Shown here: in pieces, positions 1-15,340 of the stretch
Layout of the letters: the number at the start of each line of letters is the position of its first letter
Numbering within the stretch: the first letter of the stretch is position 1
Assembly: GCA_009914755.4 (NCBI GenBank)
Contig: CP068257.2
Span: forward strand, 24,928,001-24,992,000
From: the human T2T-CHM13v2.0 reference genome, Homo sapiens
Direction of reading: 5' to 3'
Length of the DNA stretch: 64,000 bases
The notes under the pieces: generated by a model
The model's database searches: none
What the model was told of the DNA's origin: nothing
Seen by the model: only the letters and a program-made list of their open reading frames with translations
Position numbers and translations under genes: made by a program

Positions 1-1660
1 CCCAAAATGTTGTAGCCAAGAAGCTGGATTATACCTGCAGCAAACATCTGGATCATGTTACACACTGGTCATTGTTTTTATGGCATTTTCCAGTGCTCTT
101 GTCTACTTCCCAGAATTAAACTACCCAAAAGGGGAGATTTAACAGAATGGCAAATACATTTACAATCACAACCTCTCCAAAATGAAATTTCAACCACACT
201 TCAAAGCCTTTTTTATGTTGGTTGCTTTCTCTGGGATATTTGAGAATAATTTGACAAAGATCAGTGTTTGCGCCATACAGGAGCTTTTTCTCACTGGAGA
301 AAGAACAGATCATTCCAATTTGTCTTCAGAAGATAAATAATATTACTTCTAATGTCCAAGTTAGTATCCCTGAAAATCAGCCAACTTAAACTTTCTTCAA
401 TGACTTTTTGCTGAAAGGTGTGGTCTGGAAGAAGGTTCCCCAACTCACCCCTGACTCCCAACTCACCCTGCCTCCCACCTTAAGGAATGCGCAGAACAGG
501 AAAAGCAGTATCTGGCTTGAAGCACTTGCTTAGAAATGGCCCTTGCAAGCTATAGCTAAGATAAGAGAGGAAGGAAAGGGAGGAGACAGAAGTTACTGGC
601 TGAGGCCCGGAAGGTAAAACCTTGACCGAATCCTGTCTTTGTAGCCTGCAGTGGGAGTCAGACAATAATATCAACACTTCACTGGGTCTCCTTCCAAAAG
701 TAACTCTATAGTACAACATGATGCTTCAGGTATAGAAACCTTGCTCTTATTTGTTTAGCCAAATGAAATGTGAATCTAATGCATTTGCTTTGGGGAAAAT
801 AATTTAGATTATGAGCAGTGCATCTACTTAGATTTTTGTCCCACAAAGCTGGCAATTCATTTAATAGTATGAACTATTTTGACTTCTGTGGTGTTCCAGC
901 ATCTAACCTCAACCCTTACTTCTAGCCATACCTCTTAGTTCCAACCAAACTGAAATATCCTTTGTTGCATGTACAGATCTTGATTTTTGACTTTGATCAC
1001 ACGATATCCTACTATATCCCACTCCGTCTCGTTGGGTTCAGGGCGTCTATATTTTTCAAAGGTCTAGTTCCTTCAAGTCTTCTTCAATTCAGTTTTCCTG
1101 AGCAAATACTGATTGATCTTTTTGCTGAACAAAATAGACATTGTCCTCATGAAGCTTACTCTTTTAAGCCAGCAGTAAGACTTTCTTCTTTGAACATCTA
1201 TAGCACGTGATTTTACCTCTCCTATGACACAACCTTTTATACCTTAAAGTAACTTATGATCATACCGTAGTTCCCAGAGAAGACTGATAAGAACATGACC
1301 TCTTACGGCTCAACATACCTCACTCAGTAAGTAATAGTTGAATGAATATGAAAAGCATAAAAAGGCCTCTGAATAACAAGTCCAGGAATTGACACCAAAG
1401 AGCTTATTAGCTAAACACTTCTTAGCAAAGATAGTAAGTCAACTTAGCACTGGCTTACAACTACTTTGTAGCTTATGATAGAGGGATTCCAAAGAAGAGA
1501 AATGAATGGACTGAAAACTTTCTAAACTAACCACCCTTGTTGCTGGCCAGCTTCGCTGATTTCCTGAGCCCTGAGGAGCTGGGCACCTAGCACTGGGGAA
1601 ACAGGAGGAGGGGGCAGATGTGTAAAGCAGAAGCTTTCAGTTTACCACAGGGAATATAAT

Positions 1661-1684
1661 AAACAAACAAACAAACAAACAAAA
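1661..1684. repeat. (AAAC)n microsatellite
   Basis: Direct read: aaacaaacaaacaaacaaacaaaa, six tetranucleotide units. Confidence 0.9.
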
Positions 1685-2829
1685 TTGTGGTTCAATGGAG
1701 TGGTTGAATAAGTGTGAGTGAAAGTATTAAATATTGTCGAGCAGAGGAAGTGAAAAGCATAATTACTTCGAAAGAACTAATAAAGAGATTTTTTCAATAG
1801 AAAATGAATATTAATGCAGTTGACTCTGTTAATCCCTCAAATTCTGAAAACCTTATACAAATTTAATAAAAGAAATAAATGTTGTAAACAGATTAAATGT
1901 AATTCTCTTCATTAAATACGAAGAACTTATCCTACTTTTATGAATTTTCATATTAGAAAGTCAGCATTTTTCCTGCCATAAAACATCTTTAAAATGGTAA
2001 CTCCTAGACAGCCACTAATTTGCATTTCAATAAACAGGCTAAAAATGTCTACAGAAGTTATGGTGACTCTTTTCTAGCAAGGTTGAATGAGAAATTCAAT
2101 TCTTTTAATACTCAGGTGCAACACTGAAGAACATCATTTCAGTTGCAATATCTTTTTGAGTATCAAAGGTAAATTTCAGTGCTATATATACATTTCGTAT
2201 TGGAGGCTCAGGGGTGAGCCTGCGATTTTTGTCATAGGACGTTAGAGACACAAAAACATTTTACAAAGAACTTTGCTTTTAGCTTGCATTGTTTTGTGAA
2301 TATGAACTGATGCAAAGACCACGTGTGTAAGACACTTTATACCTGAATAACCAATGAAAGGCCATTTGGGGCTCCATATTAATCACAAACAAGAAAACCC
2401 ACTTTGCTTCGTTAATTATTAGCAGTTCTTACTACGAATAATTAGAAGGGAAACCAGATGCCCTTCTCTTATAAACAAGTGTCTATCTAAATCAACGAAC
2501 CTGTACAGATTAGACCCTGGGTGAATTCATGCTTCTCAAAAACCTTGTGTTTGACTTCAGTCCAATAGCTCAGTCTACCACACTTGTGAATCTCCCAAAG
2601 AACGAAAACAAAGCTCTAAGTTTTTTTTATTCACAAGAGGGAAAACCAGGACTATTTAGAAAGCAGAAGATGGAGAGGCCACTGCCTAGCCTATCCAGAT
2701 AAGTTTATTTGGATATAGTTTACTCTATCCAGAGAGTCAAATCCCCTAAACACGAGACTGCTATTTCCAAGGTGGAAAGGGAAAGAAAAGAAATGCAAAA
2801 GGTAAAAGTTAAAGGAAAAGGAACAAAAC

Positions 2830-3620
<791 letters not shown>

Positions 3621-6136
3621 TTATCTTTAAACAAAGGGAAGGAATTTTCAGGGTTGAAGGTATTCGACAAAGAGTGACAGTGAAGAAAACTCAGGATTGG
3701 GAAGTACAGAAAGTGTATGGCATCTCTGCTGAAAGCTGATAAAATGTTTATTATTTTTTCCTGTAAATTCAGAAAAAAAAAACACAACAGTGCACACTGT
3801 CGTTATGATTTTGACGTTTTGGAGTTACTGGCCTATGCAATTAAACAAGAGAAAGAAAAAGATTTATGAAAAATGAAAGCTAAATTGTCATTAGCAAATG
3901 AAATACGTGTATACATGGAAAATCAAAGTTAATCAACTATAAAGCTCTTGTTTAGCAAACCAATAGTTTTCTTTCCTGCAAACAAAAATCAGAAAGTTCT
4001 CAATGTTATGCATGAAGGAAAAAAAATGATACGAATAAGTAAAGAGATACTTTTTTCACTAAGAAAATTTAGTAGGATAAAGACAACAAGATTCCCCAAA
4101 TTATTATATACATTTGGAAATAAAATTGATCCCAATTTTTAAAATAACATGATTTTTTTCAAACCAATCTGATTCTAAAGTTTATATGGAAAATAAATAT
4201 GTAAGAATATCTATTTAAAACAAGAGTAATGAATGGGAATAATGAATGGGATATTACATATAATATCACAATAATTAAAACAGTTTAGATTAACATTGGA
4301 ATAGATAGGCTTAGTGAAAGAGAAAAGGTAACCCAAAAGTAGACATGAGTATGTACAGCAATTTAATTTATGGTTTAAAGAAATATCAATGTAAAGTAGT
4401 AGGGGAAATGATGAGTTACTCAGTGAAAAGTGTTGAGGCCGTAAATAGCCATCTGTGGAGCCTTATCTTTTTACATCAAAATCAGTTCTATATGAATTAC
4501 ATATTTAAGATACAACTATGAAAATATTAGATTAAAAAATAAGAGGATAACATTCAAATAATTGTGGAATAGGGAAGCCTTTTCTAAGCATTATAAAAAA
4601 CTCAGAAACCATAAAACAAAATATTGACCAACTTGACTAAATAAGAATTAATACTTCCAGTTGGCAGACATTTAACTGGCAAAAATATTTGCAATGCAAA
4701 GTCCTAATCTCATTATTATACTGAGCTTAAAAAAATCAATAGGAAAAACAACCAAGAGATAACTGAGGAAGGATATTAATAGACACTTCATACAAAACAA
4801 ATAAATATAAATATAGAAATAAAATTGACAGTGAGACATCACTTTTCATGTATCAAACCAACCAAATACAAAACCAAATGAACTCTTAAGGGAAACGGTG
4901 TGGTTATATGTACGAAAATTCAAATACACATGTACTTAATTTAGTCAGTTCTCTTCCAGGAATTTTTTCCTGTAAATGCAGTGCTGCAAGGGAATACGAG
5001 AGTGGGAGGAAACATCACCCCCAAAATAAACATAAGCTAAGCTCTTTACTGTGTTTTACACGTTGGTGAAGGCCCAACCATCCACCATGTTCTAAAGAAG
5101 GCTGATCAGTTCCACCTTTTTTCTCATCCTCGCTGGCCAATCTATCACCAAGTTCACCTAATCTGTCCACCTGAACACCACCCAAACGCATTTTAAATTA
5201 TCATCTATTTCTGTCCTAATCTAGACTTTTATAGTCTTGATTATATTCAGCCTCCCTGCCTTCAGAGATGTTTGCCAGACTGAAGCTGGAATATTTCTTC
5301 TTAAACTACAGATTTCATCATGTTCACTCACTCAGTAGCATCCTGTTGCCCTTAGGTTAAAATTCAAACATTTAATCCAGGGTGTTCAAGAACTTGTTCA
5401 CTAGGTCCTGTCATTCTTGTAGCCTGATCAAAACATTCCACTGGGAAGCACAATTTCTAAATAACTGGGACAATGGTTGGAACCTAGAGAAAATCCCAGG
5501 CATACAAGCCCTTTGAGTCTTGAAGGAAGAAGATACAGATGGAAGTCAGTGTTTGCAGAGCTGAAGAATGGTATCCAGCCTGCTTGGAATAGAAAAATGA
5601 TTGTCTTTGCAGATGAGACTGAATACAGATCCTTGATGGGCTGGTATCTGTGATAGAAGAAGGGGCTTCTCCCGCCCACTTTTTGACACAGATCAGGAAG
5701 AGGCTGGCTGTTGCCACTGAGGCCCATAGGAAGTTGCAGTGTTGGTCAGGATAGTCTCTTTCAGCTTACTTTTGAGAACAGAAAGACTTCTCATACAGTT
5801 CAACAGATTGGTCGAGCAAGCTTGCCTGCAAGTGTACCTTCCAGAGCTGCTACCTTGAAGTATGCTGATGCTCAGGAAACCAAACTCAATTGACATGGAA
5901 AGGCAAAGAAAGATGGCAAGCCATTTAAGAAATTGTGGTAGTTAAAAGAAAGGATTTGAAGGAAAAAAAGATGTATATACAAATATGTATGGAATGAGAA
6001 ACCTTAAGAATACAACATCAGAGGAACTAAAAGAGTTCCTGGAAATTAAAATAAATGTGGTTTGAGGTTTTAAAATTTACAGAAAAAAATTATAAAATAG
6101 TCACATTAAAAAAAAAAAACTTAGATTGTTAGATCA

Positions 6137-6420
6137 GGCCAGGCGCGGTGGATCACGCCTGTAATCCCAGCACTTTGGGAGGCCGAGGTGGGTATCACTT
6201 GAGGCTAAGAGTTCAAGAGCAGCCTAGCCAACATGGTGAAACTTCATCTGTACTAAAAATACAAAAAATTAACTGGGCGTGGTGGTGTGCACCAGTAGTC
6301 TCAGCTCTCAGCTATTCGGGTAGCTGAGGCAGGAGAATCAGGAGGTAGAGGTTACAGTGAGGTAAGATCATGCCACTGCACTCCAGAGTGAGACTCTGTC
6401 TCAAAAAAAGAAAAAAAAAA
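6137..6420 (+). mobile_element. Alu SINE (AluS-like), full length with A-tail
   Basis: Starts ggccaggcgcggtggatcacgcctgtaatcccagcactttgggaggc and ends ...gagactctgtctcaaaaaaagaaaaaaaaaa. Perfect 11-bp target-site duplication TTGTTAGATCA at 6126-6136 and 6421-6431. Confidence 0.95.
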
Positions 6421-7849
6421 TTGTTAGATCAAATAAGGAGTATTTTTCATATAACAGAGGAAAAAAAACACAAAGAAATAGAAACCACGAATAAAAATAT
6501 AAAAACCCAAAGAATGGGAATAATGTGCAGGCTAATAGTTTCCAGAGAAACACAAAGTGAAAAAGCAAACGTCAAAGAAATAATGTTTTAAAATTCTGAG
6601 CTGTAATAAAATTTGAATTTTCATATTTAAAATGGTGAGTTAGTTCCGAGAAATTTTTTTTGAAAAGAAGCACAAATATGTACATATCTTAGAGACCAGT
6701 TTCAACAAGTATAAATTTAAAATCATATACATTTTCATATATAATTTTTATGTTTCCTTGAAAAAGAGAATCTGACAGGCATCAGATTTCTCATTTGCAA
6801 CCCTGGAATTGAAGAGGGTGAAACTATTTTTAACCCACTGAAAGATAAAGAATGCAATCCAAGAATCCTCTTCTAAATCAGATTTTATTAATATTTCTGA
6901 TCCACTATGACATCTAGAACAATGTTTATTACAATTTTAAAAAATAGTTTACATGTACAACAGAGGTAAAACAGTTAAGTAAATTAGGGTATATCCACAT
7001 TATGAACTCATATCTAATGTTTAAAATTGTTGAAAAGATCTTTAAGATATATAGTTAAATAAGAAATGGAATACAAAATGATCTCAACAGTGGAAAAATG
7101 CAGCTAATGTTTTCATCTTTTATTGAACTTTCTTTTTCCCCACTTTCTTCCTGGGTATCTCTTTTTTTTTAAAAAAAAAAGTACCTCTGAATGAGGTATA
7201 TGCTGAAATTTTAAATGCTTGAAGATGATTAAAAAGCTATAGGTGAAATATGACAAGTAAGTAGTTTTAACTTATAGTTTTATTTAGGACCAAAAAGTTA
7301 GAATAGGACAGGACTCCACAGATTGTCTAGGTCAGTTTCCCAGTTTCTTACGTAAGAAGACTAAGGCCAAATTACCAAGTCAGTTAGAGGCAGGCTAGAT
7401 CCCATGGCAAGAGGCCACATAGCAGATTTTGCCATGATGTGATAGAGTGTGTTCAAGTTTGATGATAATCCCCTTTTGAGTTCCCTGACCCACATTTCTC
7501 TCTTCCAATAATTTATTTCACCATAGAATCAAACGGATTAGTATAATGTCTTACAATTAATTACCTTTTAATAAATACAACAAAAACATTTTATGTACAC
7601 GCAAGGGCTCTACTTGTATCTGTTCTTCATCTTCATTTGACGACGTGTGAATGCCAAGGAAAAAAAAGTACTTATACAGAAACATGCAAAAACCCCAGAA
7701 GAAAACAAGAAGAAAAACCATGAAGAAAAGGGGAGATGATTTAAGTGTCGCATTTAAGGTGTGGAAGGAATATCAAATGTTTATTATGTACCAAGTCCAT
7801 TTCTAAGTTCTTTAAGTTTATTCATGAATACTCTCAAAATCTCAGTGAG

Positions 7850-7990
7850 GTAGATACTATTATTATCACCTCTATTTGGATGAATACAGGTATTGAGACT
7901 GAGAGTGGTTAAGTAACTCTGCCCAAGGTCACACGTCTAACTGCCATGAGAGTGTGTCTCCAGAGCAGAGCTTCTGCCTGCACCCATCAA
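7850..7990 (-). mobile_element. MIR SINE fragment (core region)
   Basis: ggttaagtaactctgcccaaggtcacacgtctaactgcc is the reverse complement of the MIR core GTGACCTTGGGCAAGTTACTTAACC; upstream gagactgagag matches the MIR 'gaaactgaggc' segment. Confidence 0.6.
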
Positions 7991-8745
7991 ATGTAAACTG
8001 TTTTTCAAAATAGCTTTGCTTGGTTTTGACTATGTAAAAAACAGAAGATAATACGTTCCTATGACCTTTCTCAACAGCAATGTTTTTATTAGCATCAAAA
8101 ATGCTTTACTGAGGCACCTCCTCTGTGCAAGACCTAGCATCAAGTGTGGGATGGTTTGAGGAAATAACTTTCTTTTTAAAAAATGATTTCAACTTTTATT
8201 TTAGATTCAGTGGGTACATCTGCAGGTTTGTTAAATGGGTATATTGTATGGTGCTGAGGTTTGGGATATGGGAGATCCCATCGCCCAGATTGTAGTGAAC
8301 ATAGCACCCATATTCTTCATCCCTTCCTTCCGCCTTCTATAAGTCCCCAGAGTCCATTGTTGCCGGCTTTATGTTCATGAGCACCCAATATTTAGCTCCC
8401 ACTTATAAGTGAGACTATGTGCTGTTTGGTTTTCTATTCCTGCATTAATTCACCTTAAGTTATGGCCTCCAGAGACATCCATGTTGCTGCAAAGGACATG
8501 ATTTTGTTGTTTTTTTAATTTTTTATGGCTGTGTAGTATTCCGTGGTGTATAAGTTCCACATTTTCTTTTTCCAATCCTCCACTGAAGGGCACCTACGTT
8601 TATTTCATGTCTTTGCTATGGTGAATAATGCTGCAATGAACATATGGATGCATGTGTCTTTTGGTAAAATGGTTTATTTTCTTCTGGCTTGGATATATTC
8701 CCAGCAATGGGATTGCTGGGTTAATGGTAGTTATGTTTTAAGTCC

Positions 8746-9030
<285 letters not shown>

Positions 9031-10736
9031 TTATTTTTTAATTCCTTTGAGAAATCTCCAAATTGCTTTCCACAGGGACTGAACTAATTTCATTACCATC
9101 GACAGTGTATAAGTGTTCCTTTTTCTCTGCAGTCTCATCAGCATCTGTTGTTTTTTGATTTTTCAGTAATAGCCCTTCTGACTGGTGTAAGATGATATCT
9201 CATTATGGTGTTGACTTGCGTTCCTGTGATGGTTAGTGACGTTGAGCATTTTTTATATGCTTGTTTGCTGCTTGTATGTCATCTTTTGAGAAGTGTCTGT
9301 TCATGTCTTCTGCATATGGCTAGCCAGTTATCCCAGCCCCATATATTGAATAGGGAGTCATTTCCCCATTGCCTATTTGTGTTGACTTTGTCAACGATCA
9401 GATGGCTGTAGCTATGCAGCTTTATTTCTGGGTTCTCTATTCTGTTTCATTAGTCTATCTGTCTGTCTTTGTACCAGTACCATGCTGTTTTGGCTACTGG
9501 TAGCCTTATAGTATAGTTTGAAGTTCGGTAATATGAGGCCTCTGGCTTTGTTCTTTTTGCTTAGAATTATTTTGGTTGTTTGGGTTCTTTTTTGGTTCCA
9601 AATGAATTTGACAATAGTTTCTTTCTAATTCTGCAAAAAATGACATTGGTAGTTTGATAGAAATAGGATTGAATCTGCAGATTGTTTTCAGCAGAATGGT
9701 CATTTTAACGGTATTGAGTCTTCCAATCCATGAACATAGAATGTGTTCCCATTTGCTTGTGTCATCTATGATTTCTTTCAGCAATGTTTTGTAGTTCTCC
9801 TTGTAGAGATTCTTCACCTCCTTGGTTAGATGTATTCCTAGGTATTTTATTCCTTTTGTCACTATGGTAATTTGGATTATGTTCTTGATTTGGCTCTCAG
9901 CTTGAACTTAATTGGTGTACAGAAATGCTACTGATTTTCATACCTTGATTTTGTATCCTGAAACTTTACTGAAGTCATTTGTCAGTTAGTTCTAGGAACC
10001 TTTTGATGGAGTCTTTAGGCTTTTTAAAGTATAGAATCATATCATCAGTGAAAAGAGATAATTTGACTTCTTCTTCTTCTCTTTGGATGCCTTTTATTTC
10101 TTTCTCTTGCTTGATTGCTCTGGCAAGGACTTCCAGTACTATGTTAGATAAGATTGGTGAGAATGGGCATCCTTGCCTTGTTCCAGTTCTCAAGGGGTAT
10201 GCTTCCAACTTTTGCCAATTCAGTGATATTGGCCATAGATTTGTTATAGATGGCTCTTACTTTGAGATATATTCCCTTGATCCCTAGTTTGTTGAGGGTT
10301 TTTATCACAAAGGGATGTTGGATTTCATTGAAGGTTTTTTTCACCCCTGTTGAGCTGATCATATGGTTTTTGTTTTTAATTCTGTTTATGCAGTGAATCA
10401 TATTTATTGATTTGCATACATAGACCCATCCTTGCTTCCCAGGAATGAAGCCTACTTGATTGTGGTGAATTAACTTTTTGATATGCTGCTCCATGTGGTT
10501 TGCTAGTATTTTGTTGTGGATTCTTGTGTCTATGTTCATCAGATATAGTGTGATCTATAGTTTTCTTTTTTCATTGTGTCTTTGCCTGGTTTTAGTATCA
10601 GGGTGATGTTGGCTTCATAGAATGAGTTAGGGAGGAGTCTCTCCTCCTGGATTTTTTTGAATTGTTTCAGTACAATTGGTACCAGCTCTTCTTTGCACAT
10701 CTGGTAGAATTTGGCTGTGAATTCATCTGGTCCAGG

Positions 10737-11100
10737 TGATATGGTTTGGCTGTTTCCCCACTCAAATCTCACTTTGAATTGTAATAATCCCGATGTGTCA
10801 AGGGCGGGTGGGGCCTAATGGAGATAATTGAATCACGGGGGCAGTTTTCCTTATACCATTCTCGTGGTAGTGAATAAGTCTCATGAGATCTGATGATTTT
10901 AGAAATGGGAGTTCCCATGCACAAGCTCTCTTGCCAGCTACCACATAAGACATGCTTTTGCTTCTCCTTTGCCTTCCACCGTGATTGTGAGACCCCACCC
11001 CCCAGCCATGTGGAACTGTGAGTCCATTAAACCTCTTTCTTTTATAAGTTACCCAGTCTTGGGTATGTCTTTATTAGCAGCGTGAGAATAGACTAATGCA
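10737..11100 (+). mobile_element. THE1-type MaLR solo LTR nested in L1 ORF2
   Basis: tgatatggtttggctgtttccccactcaaatctcactttgaattgtaa ... ccatgtggaactgtgagtccattaaacctctttcttttataagttacccagtcttgggtatgtctttattagcagcgtgagaatagactaatgca matches the THE1 LTR consensus end to end (TG...CA). Perfect 5-bp target-site duplication CCAGG at 10732-10736 and 11101-11105. Confidence 0.85.
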
Positions 11101-11904
11101 CCAGGGGTTTTTTGTTTGTTTGGCAAATTTTTTATTACTGATTCAATTTCAGAACTTGATATAGGTGTGCTCAGGGTTTTGATTTCTTCCTAATTCAATC
11201 TTGGATGGTTGTGTGTTTCCAGAAGTTTATCCATTTTTGTTCATAATAGTCTCCGAGAATCTTTTGTATTTCTGTGAGATCAGTTGTAGTGTTACCTTTG
11301 TCATTTCTGATTGTGCTTATTTGGATCTTCTCTTTTTCTTTAACTTAGCTAGTGGTCTATTGATCTTATTTATCCTTTCAAAAAACCAACTTTTGGTTTC
11401 ATTGATTCTTTGTATGGATTTTTTGGTCTCAATTTCACTTAGTCCTGATCTAATTTTGGTTATTTCTTTTTCTTCTGCTAGCTTTGGGTTGGTTTGTTCT
11501 TGTTTTTCTAGTTCCTCTAGGTGTGATGTTAGATCGTTAATTCGAGATCGCTCTAACTTTTTGAGGTAGGTATTTGGTGCTATAAATGTTCCTCTTAGTG
11601 CTGCTTTTGCTGCATCCAGGAGATTTTGGTATGTAGTGTCTCTTTTTTCATTTGAAATAACCTTCTTTAAAGTTTCTTTGAAGATGGTTTTGATGAAATC
11701 ACAAAGTAACTATTGATTTAGCATTTTTTCTCCCACAACTCTATGTCACACAACAATAATCAACCATTAACAATGATTTTTTTAAATACAGTTTAGAAAA
11801 ATCATCTTCACATGTGTAATATACTTAATCATTCTAACAATCCTAAAATGTGCTGTATTACCATCGTTGTTACACTATGGTTGGAAGTATCAGTCTGAAA
11901 GTTT

Positions 11905-12053
11905 AGTGTGCATCAGAATCACCTGCAGGGTGTGTTAAAATAGAGATCACCAGACCCTGTCCCTGATTCAGTTGGCACCAAATAATTTGCATTTCTAATA
12001 AGTTATCAGTTGATGCAGATGCTGCTGGCCAAGTACCGTAATGAGAACCACTG
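11905..12053. mobile_element. MER5-like hAT-Charlie non-autonomous DNA transposon (MITE) relic
   Basis: gcatcagaatcacctgcagggtgtgttaaaatagagatcacc ... ctgattcagttgg ... atttgcatttctaataagtt ... gatgctgctggcc ... gagaaccactg; terminal CAGTGGTTCTC-type inverted-repeat end. Family name recalled from memory. Confidence 0.5.
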
Positions 12054-12140
12054 ATTTAGAAAATTCTGACTTTAGGAATATTATCCCTTGTCTCTAGCTA
12101 CTGCTAAGAGGAAAAAGCAACTTTTAAATCCAGGTATTAC

Positions 12141-12183
<43 letters not shown>
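12141..12183. repeat. (TTTA)n microsatellite, ~11 units
   Basis: Direct read: ttatttatttattt... tandem run. Confidence 0.95.
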
Positions 12184-13705
12184 GATCTCATGTCCACTTT
12201 AGCATACCACTGTTTCTCACCTTTGCCTTTTCACCAAGGTTTTGTTCTTAAGGCCTCAAAATTGTTCTTAAAATTATCCTTTCAATGTCCTCAGCCTAAC
12301 AAGGATTTATAATGATGATCTTAAAATCAAAAGTTGGCTTTGAGTTTGTGGCTACTTTTTCTTTTAAATATGGCCATATTAGCTTTTCAAAGGAAATTTG
12401 GGAGACAGTTCATATTCAAACCATGTGCTTTGATATATTAATTTTGTTGAAAAAGTCTATTATAGGGAAATAATTTTGTTTTCATTATCAATCTTGGTGG
12501 CATAAATGCTCTTAAAGATTTTAGCTTAAGAACTTCATATTTTTTCAGGAAATATACTACAATTACTACTAAGTACGTGATGTGTCCTATTTTATTTAAT
12601 TATTTTAATCAGCTGCTTCATCATTTTTTGTTTGTTTGTTTGCTTCTGGAAAAACACTCCAAAATCGGTCCCTAATTCAAAGAAAAAGGACAAGATGGAA
12701 GCTTCACTGTTAGAATATTTTTCTATGTATCCTATTAATTGTGACATTTGCATTCACTCCGAGGACAATGAAACAATGGCATTTGTATAAGCCTGTTTTT
12801 AAATTTTGTTTATTACTTTTTATTTGGAAATCTCAAATACAAAATTTGAAAGAGTGGTATAAAGCACTCACATATTTTTTACTCCGTTTCACCTATTAGC
12901 GTTCTATCTCTTTTGCCATTTGTTCTTTTTCTCTATCTGTGCACATATTACTGTTTTTCTGAATCATTCAAGAGTAAGTTGCACACATTGTAGCTCTTTC
13001 CCCCTAAATATTTCAGTATGTGTGTTAATCTGTTGGAAACTTCCAACCTATATTTGCTAATTTTTCCTTTCCTACCAATATGCAATCTACAGGGAGACAT
13101 TAAGCCGTGCAAATATCCTGCTCTTCAGCAAATTTTCCTCCTTTAGGTTTAACACACATTAGTAATTTTTGCTTGAAGCAATCTTTACTGTTATGGATGC
13201 AAATTATCATGTTTTGAACTCCAGCTTTCCCTCTGTCTATTCACCAGTTGTTGCTCGTCATTCAAAATAAGAATGCCTCTCCCTCATTGATTGATTGATT
13301 GTGAGTATGGACTTAAGAATTCCTACTTTTTCAAGAGTTTATAATTCATTAATCTTAAAATGTCCCATTTTGGGCCAGTGGAGCATCTTCAAGCTAGCTA
13401 TTGTGTCCTTGTGACACAACCCCACAAGTGTTTTGGGAATTTCTTAACTTTTTGACATAAAAGATATCCCAGGTTCATTTTGAATCTTCTCTGCTCCAGC
13501 CCTGAAATCAGTCATTTCTCTGAGGAGTTCTGGGTCCTTTTAGTGGATAATGGTCTTAGAGATCAAAGTACCCTAGAACTTAAAGTATAATAATAATAAA
13601 AAAAAAGAATGGGGAAAAGAAAGAAATCAAAGTGCATGTTACTGCTGGAGTGCCTTTGTATCTTGTCTCTTTCAGTATAAGAGCTAGGAAATATATGCAT
13701 GTTTT

Positions 13706-13795
13706 ACACACACACACACACACGGGCACTCAGATATATATATGTATATATGTAGCTGTGTATATATATATATAATGTGTATATATATATATCAT
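13706..13795. repeat. Compound (CA)n/(TA)n microsatellite
   Basis: cacacacacacacacacg ... atatatatatgtatatatgtagctgtgtatatatatatataatgtgtatatatatatat. Confidence 0.9.
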
Positions 13796-14589
13796 CACCA
13801 TAGGGCTGTTCCTTGACTTCTCTCACTCCATATTTGTAACTCTTTTTACACTTGCTATTTCTTCACTCACTCCTGTAATACATCTAAAACAGTTTCAGAA
13901 TTGAATTGCTCTGTCCATACCACAACATAAAATAACAATACAAAAAAAAAACACTAAAAAGAATTTAGATTGTGCTTTCAATTAATTCTCCCCCCAACTC
14001 CACCCAAGACTGAGGGCGTATAGTCAGTTACTGTGTTCATCACTTACTTGAGTTAGTGCTCCCCTACCCCTGCCAACTTTAATTCACTTGAAATGCATTT
14101 GGGTTCATTTATTTCCATTTGCTTTCGGTTTTACTTAGGTTGCTGCTATTGGTGCTGCTATTGTTTGCTTTGTTTTCTCTCCCATCATTGTTGACTTGTT
14201 TTTTGAATATGTAGAACATTAGAGAGCTTCTAAAAGTAAAAAAAAAAAAATAAATACCAAAGGCTATATTCAGGGAAGTGTTAATCCTTCCCGTATGCCT
14301 CCATTCCAGTCTCCCTGTTCCTCTAACATAACCGGTGGTCATGATTTTCTAGTTTCTCTCTAATGTGTTTCTTTTTTAATAAAGATAAGCAGATTTTTTA
14401 GTAGCTTGTTGTGGTGATATATGCAAAGCAATTCTGAAATTATTTTAGATGTATTATAGGATTGTGGAATGGGTAACAGCAAGGAAGAACCTCGTGGTGA
14501 TGGATTGAAATTAGAGTTATTGGTACAGATTTCATTATTTCCCTTTCCTTCTTACACGGGAGATAGCATACTGTATATGTTCTTTTGCA

Positions 14590-15340
14590 CTATTTTTGTT
14601 TTTTGTTTGTACTGAATGATATATCCAGGAGATCATTCCATATCAGTTCCTAGAGATTGTCCTCATTCATCTATTGTTGCTCCATAGTTTACACGAAATG
14701 TGTACCATTGTTTTCTCATATGTTTGAATATTTACTTATCGGTATTTGCAATAGCAAATAATGCTGCAATGAATAACCTTAATAACCTTGAAAATATGTA
14801 TTTTCTTGTTGTTGGAGCTATATCTCAGGGTAAATTTGCAGAAGTGGTAACGCATTTTGCTAAATATTGCCAAATCCTGCTCTAGAGGGACTGTGACATT
14901 TTGCATTCCCAGCAGTAATGTATTCCTTACAACTTTGCCTACATAATATATTGCTGAGCTTTTGGATTTTTTCTTTATTGCCAATTTGATGGAAGAGTTG
15001 ATTTTTCTTGCATTTCTCTTATGAGTGAAATTGAACATCACAGGACTGTTAGTTATAATCTTTTTGTGAGTTACTTATTCAAATCTTTGCCCATTTTTCT
15101 TTAGGATTTTGGTGTTTTTCCCTCAATTTTAAAAATTTCTTTGTATATTAGGGATGTTAGATTTTTTAAAGTGGTATATGTTGCAATTTCTTTCACTTAT
15201 GGTGTTCATGCCATACAAAGGATTTAATTTTAAAGAGGTCAAATGTAATAATTTTCTTTTTGTGGTGCCTGGGTTGTGAAGTTTTGGGCAGAAAGTCTTT
15301 TTCTACTCTCAGATTGTAGAGGAACTTACCCTCAATAATA
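14590..15340 (-). mobile_element. Ancient L1 (L1M-type) fragment, ORF2 C-terminal region
   Basis: Reverse-complement similarity to the L1 ORF2 3' region: tatttgcaatagcaaataatgctgcaatgaa, ttgcattcccagcagtaatgt..., ttgatttttcttgcatttctcttatgagtgaaattgaacatc; strongly diverged. Confidence 0.6.

Noticed and set aside
5711-5893. 60-aa ORF (…RAATLKYADAQETKLN) in unique sequence considered as a processed-pseudogene fragment
   Set aside because: No poly-A tail or target-site duplication nearby and no recognisable protein. Too short to assess
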